Source of the DNA: a virus
IMG/VR virus record: IMGVR_UViG_3300044695_004134
Coordinates: 32,001 to 96,000 of that record
Strand: one strand, 5' to 3'
Length of the DNA: 64,000 nucleotides
Shown: piece by piece, positions 21,467-29,766 of the stretch
Layout of the letters: every line of letters starts with the position of its first letter
Numbering within the stretch: position 1 is the first letter of the stretch
The notes under the pieces: model-generated
Databases searched by the model: none
Told to the model about the DNA's origin: nothing
Seen by the model: only the letters and a program-made list of their open reading frames with translations
Made by a program: the position numbers and the translations under genes

Positions 21467-22192
21467 ATGGCTTTACCAAAAATCGACACACCGATTTATG
21501 ACTTGGAGTTACCATTATCAAAAAAGAAGATTCGCTTTCGTCCTTTCCTTGTGAAAGAGCAAAAGAATCTTCTGATGGCAATGGAATCTGGAGAAAGAGA
21601 ATCAATTGAACAAAATGTAAAACAGGTTCTAAACAACTGTACAGTTACAGAGGGTATTGATATCGAGAAACTTCCTGTTATCGATATTGAATTTTACTTT
21701 TTGCAACTCCGTGCGAGGTCTGTCGGTGAAGTTGTCGAAAACAAATACCGTTGTGATAACACAGTTGATGAAAAAGTTTGCGGTAACATCATGGAAACTT
21801 CACTGAACTTACTGGACATTAAAGTCTCAGGTGTTGTAGAGGGTAATGATGTTATACAACTCAATGAAACAATTTCGATTAAACTAAAATATCCAGAGTT
21901 TTCTATATTGGGTAAATTATCCAATCTAACAAGCGTTTCTGATATCGCATTTGAAATGATTGCTGAGTCTGTTGAATACATCTATGATGGTGATCAGTTT
22001 TATTATGCAAAAGAAGTTGAAACAAAAGAAATTGTTGAATTCATTGAGTCTCTGAATCAACAGCAGTTCTCCAAGATTGAAGACTTCTTTGCAAATCTTC
22101 CGAAGATTGAAAAGAAAATTGAAATGAAGTGTTCACGTTGCGGCTTTGAACACACTCTTGACGTTGAAGGACTGGAAAGTTTTTTCGGCTAA
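21467..22192 (+). CDS. Baseplate hub assembly protein gp26
   Basis: MALPKI..PIY.LELP, FRPFLVKEQK, DIEFYFLQLRARSVGE, LKYP, C..C, EGLESFF. Confidence 0.9.
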   Translation: MALPKIDTPIYDLELPLSKKKIRFRPFLVKEQKNLLMAMESGERESIEQNVKQVLNNCTVTEGIDIEKLPVIDIEFYFLQLRARSVGEVVENKYRCDNTVDEKVCGNIMETSLNLLDIKVSGVVEGNDVIQLNETISIKLKYPEFSILGKLSNLTSVSDIAFEMIAESVEYIYDGDQFYYAKEVETKEIVEFIESLNQQQFSKIEDFFANLPKIEKKIEMKCSRCGFEHTLDVEGLESFFG

Positions 22193-22386
22193 CATTTGGT
22201 CATGATAACTTGAGAAATTACTATAAAACTAATTTCTCATTAATGCAACATCACAAATACAGTCTCACGGAACTTGAGAATATGATACCGTGGGAACGTG
22301 ATGTATATGTCGGTATGCTTATACAATATATTGAGGAAGAAAACCAGAAGATTAAACAGAAGATAAACGAGAGAAAGATTAGATGA
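22180..22386 (+). CDS. Baseplate hub assembly catalyst gp51-like reading frame (first ATG 22243; probably entered by -1 frameshift from gp26)
   Basis: Open frame reads FFRLTFGHDNLRNYYKTNFSLMQHHKYSLTELENMIPWERDVYVGMLIQYIEEENQKIKQKINERKIR*; not in ORF track. Confidence 0.85.
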   Translation, partial: FFRLTFGHDNLRNYYKTNFSLMQHHKYSLTELENMIPWERDVYVGMLIQYIEEENQKIKQKINERKIR

Positions 22387-24320
22387 ACTACTACGATGCC
22401 GCCAGAATAAGAAAAAAAGGCTTCGCAAATTTAATGACCGATAGACTGACCTCTGGTCAGGGTATTGTCTCATCTCTCCGTGGAACTATGTCAGATAGGT
22501 CAATGGCCAAATCCATGGCCATGAAAGAGAGATTCGATCCAATGAATATCGCCAAGTTCCTCACTGGCGGTAGTAATCTAGCACCTGCAATCGTTGGTCG
22601 CCTAATGGGTAGAAGTAAACAAGACATTCGATACTTCACCGGCAAGAAACAATATGAAACTGGAAGTCATCGCCCAAACTACTATGAGAAGTTCAATTCA
22701 GGTATGGGTGGTGGTCGATCTGGAAAGGCCACCGAAATATTAGAAAAAATTGTGTCCTTTATGCAAGATTCCAGGGAAAAGGACTTAGAGGAACAAGATA
22801 CATTCGATTCATATAATGAAATGAATGAATACATGAAAGAAGATAATCACAAAGAAGTGATGAATGTATTCAGGGATGCAATAAAAAAACAACGTAAAGC
22901 CATGAAAGACATGGCTAAAGAAGCCAAGAAACGACAGGCACAAGAGGGCACTGGAGTTCCAACGGCACCGGCACCAAGACCGGCTCCTGCACCTGCTCCA
23001 GCACCTGCTCCAGCACCAGCGCCTGCTCCAGCACCTGCTCCAGCACCAAGACCGGCTCCTGCACCCGCCAAAGATGCGGCCGATAAAGCAGCCAAAGATG
23101 CTACCGAAAAGGCAGCCAAAGATAGGTTAGCTAAAGATGCGGCCGATAAAGCAGCCAAAGATGCTACCGAAAAGGCAGCCAAAGATAGGTTAGCTAAAGA
23201 TGCGGCCGATAAAGCGGCCAAAGAAGCTGCCGATAAAGCGGCCAAAGATAGGTTAGCTAAAGATGCGGCCGATAAAGCGGCCAAAGAAGCTGCCGATAAA
23301 GCGGCCAAAGATAGGTTAGCTAAAGATGCGGCCGATAAAGCGGCCAAAGAAAGGTTAGCCAAAGAAGCTGCTGATGCTAAAAGAATTAAAGATGCGGCTG
23401 ATGCTAAAAAGGCCGCAGACACGGCAAAAAAACAAGAAGCTGCACCAGCAGCACCCACAGCTACTCCAGCGCCACCGGTTGTCACACCAAAGCCCCCTAT
23501 TGTTAAGCCTGCAATAACTGAAGCCGCTAAAACTGCGGCTAAAGCGGCCGCTATTATTGGTGCCGGTGGATTATTGATGCCTGGAGCAGAAGCAGCCACA
23601 GCAATTGATAAAGCATCTAGACAAGTTGGTGTTGATAAAGCAATCATGTATGCAATTGCAAAGCAAGAAAGTGCTTTTAATCCTGATGCGGCCGCCAAAA
23701 CGAGCAGCGCCAAAGGACTTTATCAGTTTATTAAGGGCACTTGGTCCGATATGGTCAAAAGATATGGAGGCAAATATCCAATACTAAAAGAACGTGGACC
23801 TGAAGATGCGGAAGCAAACGCTATAGCAGGTGCATTGTACATTAAAGAAAATTCTGATTTTTTAAAAAAAGCAAAAATACCAATAAATGCTACAACAATA
23901 TATTCAGCCCATTTTTTGGGTCCGGGTGGAGCAAGAACTCTTTTTTCTGCAAGTCCTGATACAGATGCAACAAAATTGATGCCTATAGCGGCCGCAGCGA
24001 ACGAATTTATCTTTTATAAAACAGAAGGTAGAAAAATTCTGAAGGATCAACCAAAAACTGTCTCACAAGTTATTGAAACACTTTTTCAGAAAGTTGGCCA
24101 ATATCAAGAGAAGTATTCACAGGTCTTAAATGCATCCAATATTGGAGCACAATTGGCCGAAACCTCTCAACAAAATGCAGACATGAAAAAGGGTGCTGCC
24201 AACCAATCGGGTGCTACAACATCACCAATTATTATACAAAACAACACTACAAATAAACAAAAAACTATACAACCACCTTCAGCACCATTGGGTGAATTAA
24301 ATCCGAGAATAGGAAACTAA
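22383..24320 (+). CDS. Tape-measure-like virion protein with lytic transglycosylase (SLT) domain
   Basis: AIAKQESAFNPDA..SSAKGLYQFIKGTW and YSAHFLGPGGA; Pro-Ala and AKDAADKA repeats; follows gp26/gp51. Confidence 0.75.
   Translation: MNYYDAARIRKKGFANLMTDRLTSGQGIVSSLRGTMSDRSMAKSMAMKERFDPMNIAKFLTGGSNLAPAIVGRLMGRSKQDIRYFTGKKQYETGSHRPNYYEKFNSGMGGGRSGKATEILEKIVSFMQDSREKDLEEQDTFDSYNEMNEYMKEDNHKEVMNVFRDAIKKQRKAMKDMAKEAKKRQAQEGTGVPTAPAPRPAPAPAPAPAPAPAPAPAPAPAPRPAPAPAKDAADKAAKDATEKAAKDRLAKDAADKAAKDATEKAAKDRLAKDAADKAAKEAADKAAKDRLAKDAADKAAKEAADKAAKDRLAKDAADKAAKERLAKEAADAKRIKDAADAKKAADTAKKQEAAPAAPTATPAPPVVTPKPPIVKPAITEAAKTAAKAAAIIGAGGLLMPGAEAATAIDKASRQVGVDKAIMYAIAKQESAFNPDAAAKTSSAKGLYQFIKGTWSDMVKRYGGKYPILKERGPEDAEANAIAGALYIKENSDFLKKAKIPINATTIYSAHFLGPGGARTLFSASPDTDATKLMPIAAAANEFIFYKTEGRKILKDQPKTVSQVIETLFQKVGQYQEKYSQVLNASNIGAQLAETSQQNADMKKGAANQSGATTSPIIIQNNTTNKQKTIQPPSAPLGELNPRIGN
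22964..23420 (+). repeat. Coding repeats: (PA)n tract followed by 63-bp AKDAADKAAKxAxxKAAKDRL units
   Basis: Near-perfect DNA repeats visible directly; boundaries approximate. Confidence 0.9.
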
Positions 24321-24321
24321 A

Positions 24322-25794
24322 ATGGATTACAGAGTAGCAAGCAACATTAGAAGTAAATCTCTTTCATCTATGATGACTGATAATATAACATCAGGTAAAG
24401 GCATTGGCTCCTCACTCTCTGGTGCAATATCATCAAAGTTCAAGGCAAGCGCAACTGGTATCAAAGAGAAATTTGATCCAATGAATATTGCAAAGTTTAT
24501 GACAGGTGGTAGTAGACTTGCACCTGCAATTCTCGGTAGACTTACAGGACGTAAACAGTCTGATATTAATTACTTTGCTGGTGATAAGAACAAGAGGTCT
24601 GGTTATACACAAATGCCATCATCAATGTCTACACCGGGTGGAGGGCTAGGCGGTTCTGCTGTTGAAGTATTGAACAGAATGTTAGCCTTTATGCAGAGTT
24701 CCCGTGAAGATGATATGAAAAGAAAAGATACCGCCAAACAATTTACCGAAGAACAAAAAGTTGAAGAACAACGCAGACACAATGAGTTCTTAAAAGTATT
24801 AAAAGAATATACTTCTTTGGGTAGTACAACAACATTGGTTAGCAAAAAAGAAGAAGAAGATGGTGGAGGTTTATTTGATTTATTTAAAAATTCAAAAAAA
24901 CTATTGTCTCTTGCGAGACTTTTAGTGCCGTTTTTAATTAATCCAATTACTCTTACTGTAGGTGCAGTTTTAGCCGCAGCATACGGATTACAAAAAGTAG
25001 CAGACTTTATTCCAAATGCTAGAATACTTACACCATTACAGGCTCAGGCAGCATTGGGTGGTTCTCAGCGTGACATTGATAAAGAAGGTGGATATGATTT
25101 TCTTGTTAAAAGAATAACAGAAGGTCCAGAAGAGGCACAAAAAGCATTAGATGATTTTGCAGAAGGTAAATTATCATACAAAGAATTACAAAACCTTGGC
25201 GGAGAAAGTAAACTTAAAGAAATTGCCTCACAAAAAGGTCTTAAAGTTCCACCACGAACAGAAACACAGTTACCTCCTGTTCCACCTAGACCCGACACAA
25301 CAGGAGGAAAAAATCAAGGCAGAGCTAGAAATTGGGATAGAGAGTTCGGTAAAACTCATAATCCAGATGGTACACCAAAAGTCACAACAACGGCTAAGCC
25401 TTTACTCTCTGGTGTAGAAGAATCTACCGCCGAAGCCGGCCGGGGCACTGCTGCTTTAGATGATTACAGAGCAAGGCAATTAGAACAGGAAACTGGAGGC
25501 AAAGCGGCTTTTGGTGTGAAACCTATGGGTATAAAGAGTATACCAATACCTGAAACTGTAACACCGGTTCCAGCAGCACCTGTTTCAAATAGAATGAATG
25601 AAGCGGTAGATGAAAATCAAAATTTGAATTTGCAAAGTTACGATTCTGGTTCATCTGGCTCTGCTGCACCAATTATTTCATCATCATCAAGTTCTGTTGA
25701 TTTGCCTGACAGGCCTATTCCTGCTACCGCAACAGTAAGAGATACGACACCGATACTTGCACATGTGATGCAGGGTTATATGTCGCCAGTATAA
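24322..25794 (+). CDS. Virion/tail protein, N-terminal paralog of the upstream SLT protein
   Basis: Shares KE(K/R)FDPMNIAKFxTGGSxLAPAIxGRLxGR and flanks with 22383..24320. Confidence 0.7.
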   Translation: MDYRVASNIRSKSLSSMMTDNITSGKGIGSSLSGAISSKFKASATGIKEKFDPMNIAKFMTGGSRLAPAILGRLTGRKQSDINYFAGDKNKRSGYTQMPSSMSTPGGGLGGSAVEVLNRMLAFMQSSREDDMKRKDTAKQFTEEQKVEEQRRHNEFLKVLKEYTSLGSTTTLVSKKEEEDGGGLFDLFKNSKKLLSLARLLVPFLINPITLTVGAVLAAAYGLQKVADFIPNARILTPLQAQAALGGSQRDIDKEGGYDFLVKRITEGPEEAQKALDDFAEGKLSYKELQNLGGESKLKEIASQKGLKVPPRTETQLPPVPPRPDTTGGKNQGRARNWDREFGKTHNPDGTPKVTTTAKPLLSGVEESTAEAGRGTAALDDYRARQLEQETGGKAAFGVKPMGIKSIPIPETVTPVPAAPVSNRMNEAVDENQNLNLQSYDSGSSGSAAPIISSSSSSVDLPDRPIPATATVRDTTPILAHVMQGYMSPV

Positions 25795-25818
25795 AAAAAG
25801 CCCGCACACGGCGGGCTT
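25793..25818 (-). terminator. Rho-independent terminator between convergent operons
   Basis: AAGCCCGC-acacg-GCGGGCTT hairpin followed by T-run on minus strand. Confidence 0.8.
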
Positions 25819-25841
25819 CAAACCTATCGAATTGGATAGGT

Positions 25842-26717
25842 TTATTCTTCGGCTAGCTTAGAGAAATAAGCCAAATCATCATCATCTTCGGCAATACCGG
25901 CATCCGCCATCACTGGCTTACGTGGCATTGCTTTAGCTTGTTCAACTGTAGTCTTAGCAACTACTGGTGAACCATCAAGGCCGAGAACCTTGTCTAGACG
26001 AGCCTTCAACTCATCATAAGACTTAAAGTTTTCTGGCAACAGAAACTCTTTGAGTGAGTATTCTTTCTTCCAGATAGCTTCTAGCTTTGCATCGTCATTC
26101 AACAATGCAGATGGTGACTCAAATTCAGACTTATCATAGTTCTGATAACCCTCAACTTTACGAATCTTGAGTTTGAAGTTTGCACCTTCCCACATATCAA
26201 ATGGGTTGAGTGGCTTCTCATCTTCGAAAGCAGGATTCATTGCTTCGTTAATCTTATCAAAGATTTTCTTACCAAACTTATAAAGAAACACTTTACCTTG
26301 ATTCTGAGGATTCTTAGAATCTTCAACAACGTAGATGTTTGCAATGTAAGACAGACGGCGCTTTTGTTTACGTGCAACTTCCTTGTTTGCTTCGATGCCA
26401 GAGTTCCACAACTGAGAGTTGTATTCAGAAACTGGATCTTTTTGATTCAAGGTTGTAAGAGAGTTTTCAATGTACCAGCCACCAGGACCCTGGAAACCGT
26501 GATTGAATACTTTTACCCACGGGAGTGCATCATCACCATCAACCGATGGCTGAGGCAAGAAACGAATAACTGCATAACCATTGCCGACTTTATCGACTTC
26601 TGGTTTCCAGAAATTGTCATCTTTGGTGGGAGTTTCGGCTGAATTGAGTTTTTCAATAGCCTTGGCGAGTTTGTCTAGGTTACTAGAACTGCTCTTGAGA
26701 TTTGCGAATGAAGACAT
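25842..26717 (-). CDS. Single-stranded DNA-binding protein gp32
   Basis: GNGYAVIRFLP, HGFQGPGGWYIENSLTTL, YKFGKKIFDKI, GANFKLKIRKVEGYQNYDKSEF, acidic tail. Confidence 0.96.
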   Translation of the reverse strand: MSSFANLKSSSSNLDKLAKAIEKLNSAETPTKDDNFWKPEVDKVGNGYAVIRFLPQPSVDGDDALPWVKVFNHGFQGPGGWYIENSLTTLNQKDPVSEYNSQLWNSGIEANKEVARKQKRRLSYIANIYVVEDSKNPQNQGKVFLYKFGKKIFDKINEAMNPAFEDEKPLNPFDMWEGANFKLKIRKVEGYQNYDKSEFESPSALLNDDAKLEAIWKKEYSLKEFLLPENFKSYDELKARLDKVLGLDGSPVVAKTTVEQAKAMPRKPVMADAGIAEDDDDLAYFSKLAEE

Positions 26718-26798
26718 ATTATTTTCCTTGTATAACGTTGTATTAAATGTATGTTGTTTTATCCACAGAATTCATAATGTATGAAGTATATAGGTAAA

Positions 26799-27281
26799 TC
26801 AAACGTACATCTTGAGAATTGCGATGGTAGATTTGGCATCTCTGTGATGAATACCAATACCACCGGCTTTGTTCCAATCATCGATAACAGATTTAGTGTC
26901 ATCAATGATTATGGAATTTGGTGTAGCATACTTGTACTTGTGTCTTTTACCCGGCACAAAGTTTTGTGTATATGCAATATTGTGTGTGTCTAACCACGTA
27001 GCTTTCTGTGGTGCAATCATAGCATGAAATTCTTCACGTGCAGTTGAGGACAGAATCTCTTTTGGAGTACCTAGCGTGTCCAAAAAGTTGAGCAATTCAC
27101 GTGCATCATCCATGAGATCCAATTTGGCGAAACAGTCTTCATGAATGAAGGTTTCAAAAAGACCATAGAATTCTTTTCGGTCACGTGTGTCCTCTGGATA
27201 TAGTTTGAATCGTGCTTTGTATGCTTTGTTGAAGTCGGCAATTACGCCATCCATATCAACATAAATTTTATCGATTGTCAT
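26799..27281 (-). CDS. HAD-family 5'(3')-deoxyribonucleotidase
   Basis: IYVDMDGVIADF, K..WL, IIIDD, W.KAGGIGIHH. Confidence 0.85.
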   Translation of the reverse strand: MTIDKIYVDMDGVIADFNKAYKARFKLYPEDTRDRKEFYGLFETFIHEDCFAKLDLMDDARELLNFLDTLGTPKEILSSTAREEFHAMIAPQKATWLDTHNIAYTQNFVPGKRHKYKYATPNSIIIDDTKSVIDDWNKAGGIGIHHRDAKSTIAILKMYV

Positions 27282-27889
27282 ACTGTTTTCATGATATTTA
27301 AGTTTTTCTTTAAGACTGTGAGCATCTTGGGTTTGTCAAAGTTTAGAAATGGTTTGTACTTCTCACAACTCTTTACGAATTCTGGAAAGATAATGTCATC
27401 TTCAATTTTTTTCACCCACATCGGCAAAAAGTTTAACAACTCATTTAAGATAATTAAAGTCTCTTTAGTGGTGTTTCCTTGCATATAAAGATTATACAAC
27501 AAGGGGTACTGCCCGTCAACCACTTTCAGTAATTCTTCCGGATTGTTTACCGAATCAAATAGTCTGTGGAGGTCCTGTTCAAACACATAGGAAAGGGACT
27601 GTTGAGTTTTTTGCCACACCTTGTACTCAGATTCGGCATCCTCAGACAGGAGATCACCCACCCATATCTTCGGATTCACTAGCATATTGGAGACAAAGAA
27701 ACCAAAGAGTTCATCCCGCTTGTATTTTCTGGATAGTTTGTAAAATTGAAACTTATCCTTACGGAGCATGAATTGTTCTTTGGTTACATTTGTCTTACCA
27801 GAATACTTCACATAATCATATTTTGAAGTGAAATGCAGTTTCAATGCATGAAACATTGCATACGCTTCAAACCCACCGGCTTCATTCAT
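27278..27889 (-). CDS. Helicase loader gp59
   Basis: ALKLHFTSKYDYVKYSGK, RKDKFQFYKLSRKY, ETLIIL, KYKPFL; synteny with gp32/gp33. Confidence 0.88.
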   Translation of the reverse strand: MNEAGGFEAYAMFHALKLHFTSKYDYVKYSGKTNVTKEQFMLRKDKFQFYKLSRKYKRDELFGFFVSNMLVNPKIWVGDLLSEDAESEYKVWQKTQQSLSYVFEQDLHRLFDSVNNPEELLKVVDGQYPLLYNLYMQGNTTKETLIILNELLNFLPMWVKKIEDDIIFPEFVKSCEKYKPFLNFDKPKMLTVLKKNLNIMKTV

Positions 27890-28107
27890 ATGAACAACTT
27901 ATTCACTTTCTTAATCATATTTGCGGCTTGTGCTTCATCAGAAATTTTAGATTTCAGCGGTGTAGTAAGGAGTGTTGCCGCAATCTCTACTTCAAATCCG
28001 GTCTCCTGGCAATGAAGAAGTACCGCATCCATATAGCCAATTCTCTTAACCTTTACGATTTCTTCGATGATGGCCGAGAAATTACGTTGCTCCTCTTTCG
28101 TTGGCAT
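27886..28107 (-). CDS. Late transcription coactivator gp33
   Basis: FSAIIEEIV..YMDAVL..C, LKSKISDEA..NM. Confidence 0.85.
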   Translation of the reverse strand: MPTKEEQRNFSAIIEEIVKVKRIGYMDAVLLHCQETGFEVEIAATLLTTPLKSKISDEAQAANMIKKVNKLFI

Positions 28108-28322
28108 TATTTTTTACCCATCGAATATGCAATGCAAACCGCATTTGTGTTTGTTTCATACGCACACTTCACCGAGATCGGATCAATTCCTTTTTGAATA
28201 GCCGATTCAATGTTCTTTGCCATGTTGTTTCGATCATTGATATTGTAAATTGTAAAAGCGGCAATAGAAGAACATATCGCTACTGTGATACAAATGATTA
28301 CTGTGATAACTTCTTTATTCAT
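28107..28322 (-). CDS. Hypothetical membrane-anchored protein
   Basis: Likely start MNKEV after GGAG RBS; N-terminal hydrophobic helix. Confidence 0.6.
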   Translation of the reverse strand: MNKEVITVIICITVAICSSIAAFTIYNINDRNNMAKNIESAIQKGIDPISVKCAYETNTNAVCIAYSMGKK

Positions 28323-28323
28323 C

Positions 28324-28878
28324 TTAGATGACTCCTTTGTTTCTGTCAATTTTGTCTTTGTTGCTTCTGTAAAAGATGTGTCTTCCAATTTGCTCTATCC
28401 TTTTTAAATTCCATTGAGGATTCACGTAGTCTGCATGGTAATATGTTGCACCATTTGTAACGTCTTCATAACGCTCAAAATTCACAACCATATTGACAGC
28501 TAACTGTTGAATCTCATTATACAATGAAGTGCTTCTAATTGTCAAGCGATTATTGGTATGTTTTCTTTCACAATACCAAGAGAACTGACAAACACTACCG
28601 GTTTTTTGATAAACTACTCCGCAAATGTCATCAGCATAGTTGCCAGACATGACTCTATTGAAGGTGACAAAAGCAACAGCTTTCTTACCTTTGAGAGGTT
28701 CATTTGCGGCTTCAAAATAGATATTATCAGCTAGGCAAGTTATTTGTTTCTGTGTCTCCTTATCTAAGGAATGGAAACTTGCCTTGAATGGTAAATTATA
28801 TAAATTTATATTTACCATCGACAGTGATATAATGACTGCGGAAAATATCATGCTTAAAAGTATTGGTTTACTTTTCAT
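28324..28878 (-). CDS. Cell wall hydrolase, SleB/Hydrolase_2 family
   Basis: CLADNIYFEA, AVAFVTFNRV, ICGVVYQ, CQFSW, GATYYHADYVNPQW, IGRHIFY. Confidence 0.92.
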   Translation of the reverse strand: MKSKPILLSMIFSAVIISLSMVNINLYNLPFKASFHSLDKETQKQITCLADNIYFEAANEPLKGKKAVAFVTFNRVMSGNYADDICGVVYQKTGSVCQFSWYCERKHTNNRLTIRSTSLYNEIQQLAVNMVVNFERYEDVTNGATYYHADYVNPQWNLKRIEQIGRHIFYRSNKDKIDRNKGVI

Positions 28879-28889
28879 GTTTTTTCCTT

Positions 28890-28897
28890 TATAAATA
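28890..28897 (+). promoter_or_regulatory. T4-type late promoter TATAAATA
   Basis: Exact match immediately upstream of the endonuclease leader. Confidence 0.7.
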
Positions 28898-28900
28898 GGT

Positions 28901-29419
28901 GTGGATCACGAGATTGCAGTCTCTATCCACTCTAACATGAAAGACCATGCCAGCATGAAAATTAACACATCTTTTTATGTTTACGCATATCTCCGAGACA
29001 ACGGAACTCCATATTACATAGGTAAAGGTTCTGGAAAAAGGATATACAGTAAACACAACATAAAATTACCAAAAGACGTATCTAAAATAATATTCGTAGA
29101 GAAGAATTTGACAGAAATTGGAGCTTTTGCCATCGAACGTAGTTTAATACGTTGGTATGGAAGAAAGGATAACAATACTGGCATATTAAGAAATCTAACG
29201 AACGGCGGAGAAGGTGGTTCAGGTGCAATACGAACTTCGGAACACCGAAAACTTATTAGTAATGCTATGCTTGGAAATTCCAGAGCAAAGGGTCATAAAA
29301 GACCAGGAACGAAACCTGAACTAAACAAACATAAAATTTATATGAGTTGTTTACATTGCAATAAACAATTTAACATTGGTAATTTTACCAAACATATAAA
29401 TTCACTAAAAGCCGGATGA
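28901..29419 (+). mobile_element. Second GIY-YIG-type homing endonuclease (true start may be ATG 28937 or 28955)
   Basis: FYVYAYLRDNGTPYYIGKG, ERSLIRWYGRKD, LRNLTNGGEG; opposite strand to neighbours; paralog of 11003..11665. Confidence 0.85.
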
Positions 29420-29441
29420 TTGGATAATAAGGACATCCGGC
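29407..29441 (-). terminator. 3' hairpin/terminator of tmRNA coding piece
   Basis: GCCGGATG...CATCCGGC stem followed by TTTT on minus strand. Confidence 0.6.
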
Positions 29442-29716
29442 AAAACCTCAGCTTAGCCTCAAGCGGCTAGGCGATATTCACTGTCGTTTGCAGTTACTTT
29501 GATTTAGTTTTTACACCTACTCTGGTGAGTTGTCCACTTCTGTACTTGTTGCCCTGTCGAATAGCTGAGTACACCCCCATCAAAAGCACTTCCCGATTTA
29601 CATTCCCCCGAATACATCATTTCTGGTTCGGCTAATACGCAAATGCTTTTGGTGGAGGTGGGGGGATTTGCACCCCCGTCCAGAACACTTTTCTAGTTGC
29701 TTCATACAACCATAGC
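29407..29716 (-). ncRNA. ssrA: Circularly permuted (two-piece) tmRNA
   Basis: Acceptor piece ends GGACGGGGGTGCAAATCCCCCCACCTCCACCA at 29650; intervening segment; coding piece starts GGGGGTGTA..TTCGAC at 29578; G3:U70 pair; tag frame 29491-29459 ANDSEYRLAA*. Confidence 0.93.
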
Positions 29717-29720
29717 CCCT

Positions 29721-29749
29721 ATTATAGAGGTTTTTTATTTAGGTGTCAA
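29721..29749 (-). promoter_or_regulatory. Consensus sigma70 promoter for tmRNA
   Basis: TTGACA-17 bp-TATAAT. Confidence 0.9.
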
Positions 29750-29766
29750 GCGTTTTTGTGGTAAAT

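Noticed and set aside
22847-23713. 288-aa minus-strand Ala/Leu-rich ORF
   Set aside because: Antisense shadow of the repeat region in the SLT tail protein
29650-29690. Apparent tRNA 3' half (T-arm plus CCA)
   Set aside because: No D-arm or anticodon arm upstream; the pairing 5' strand lies downstream and leads to a tag frame, so it is the tmRNA acceptor piece
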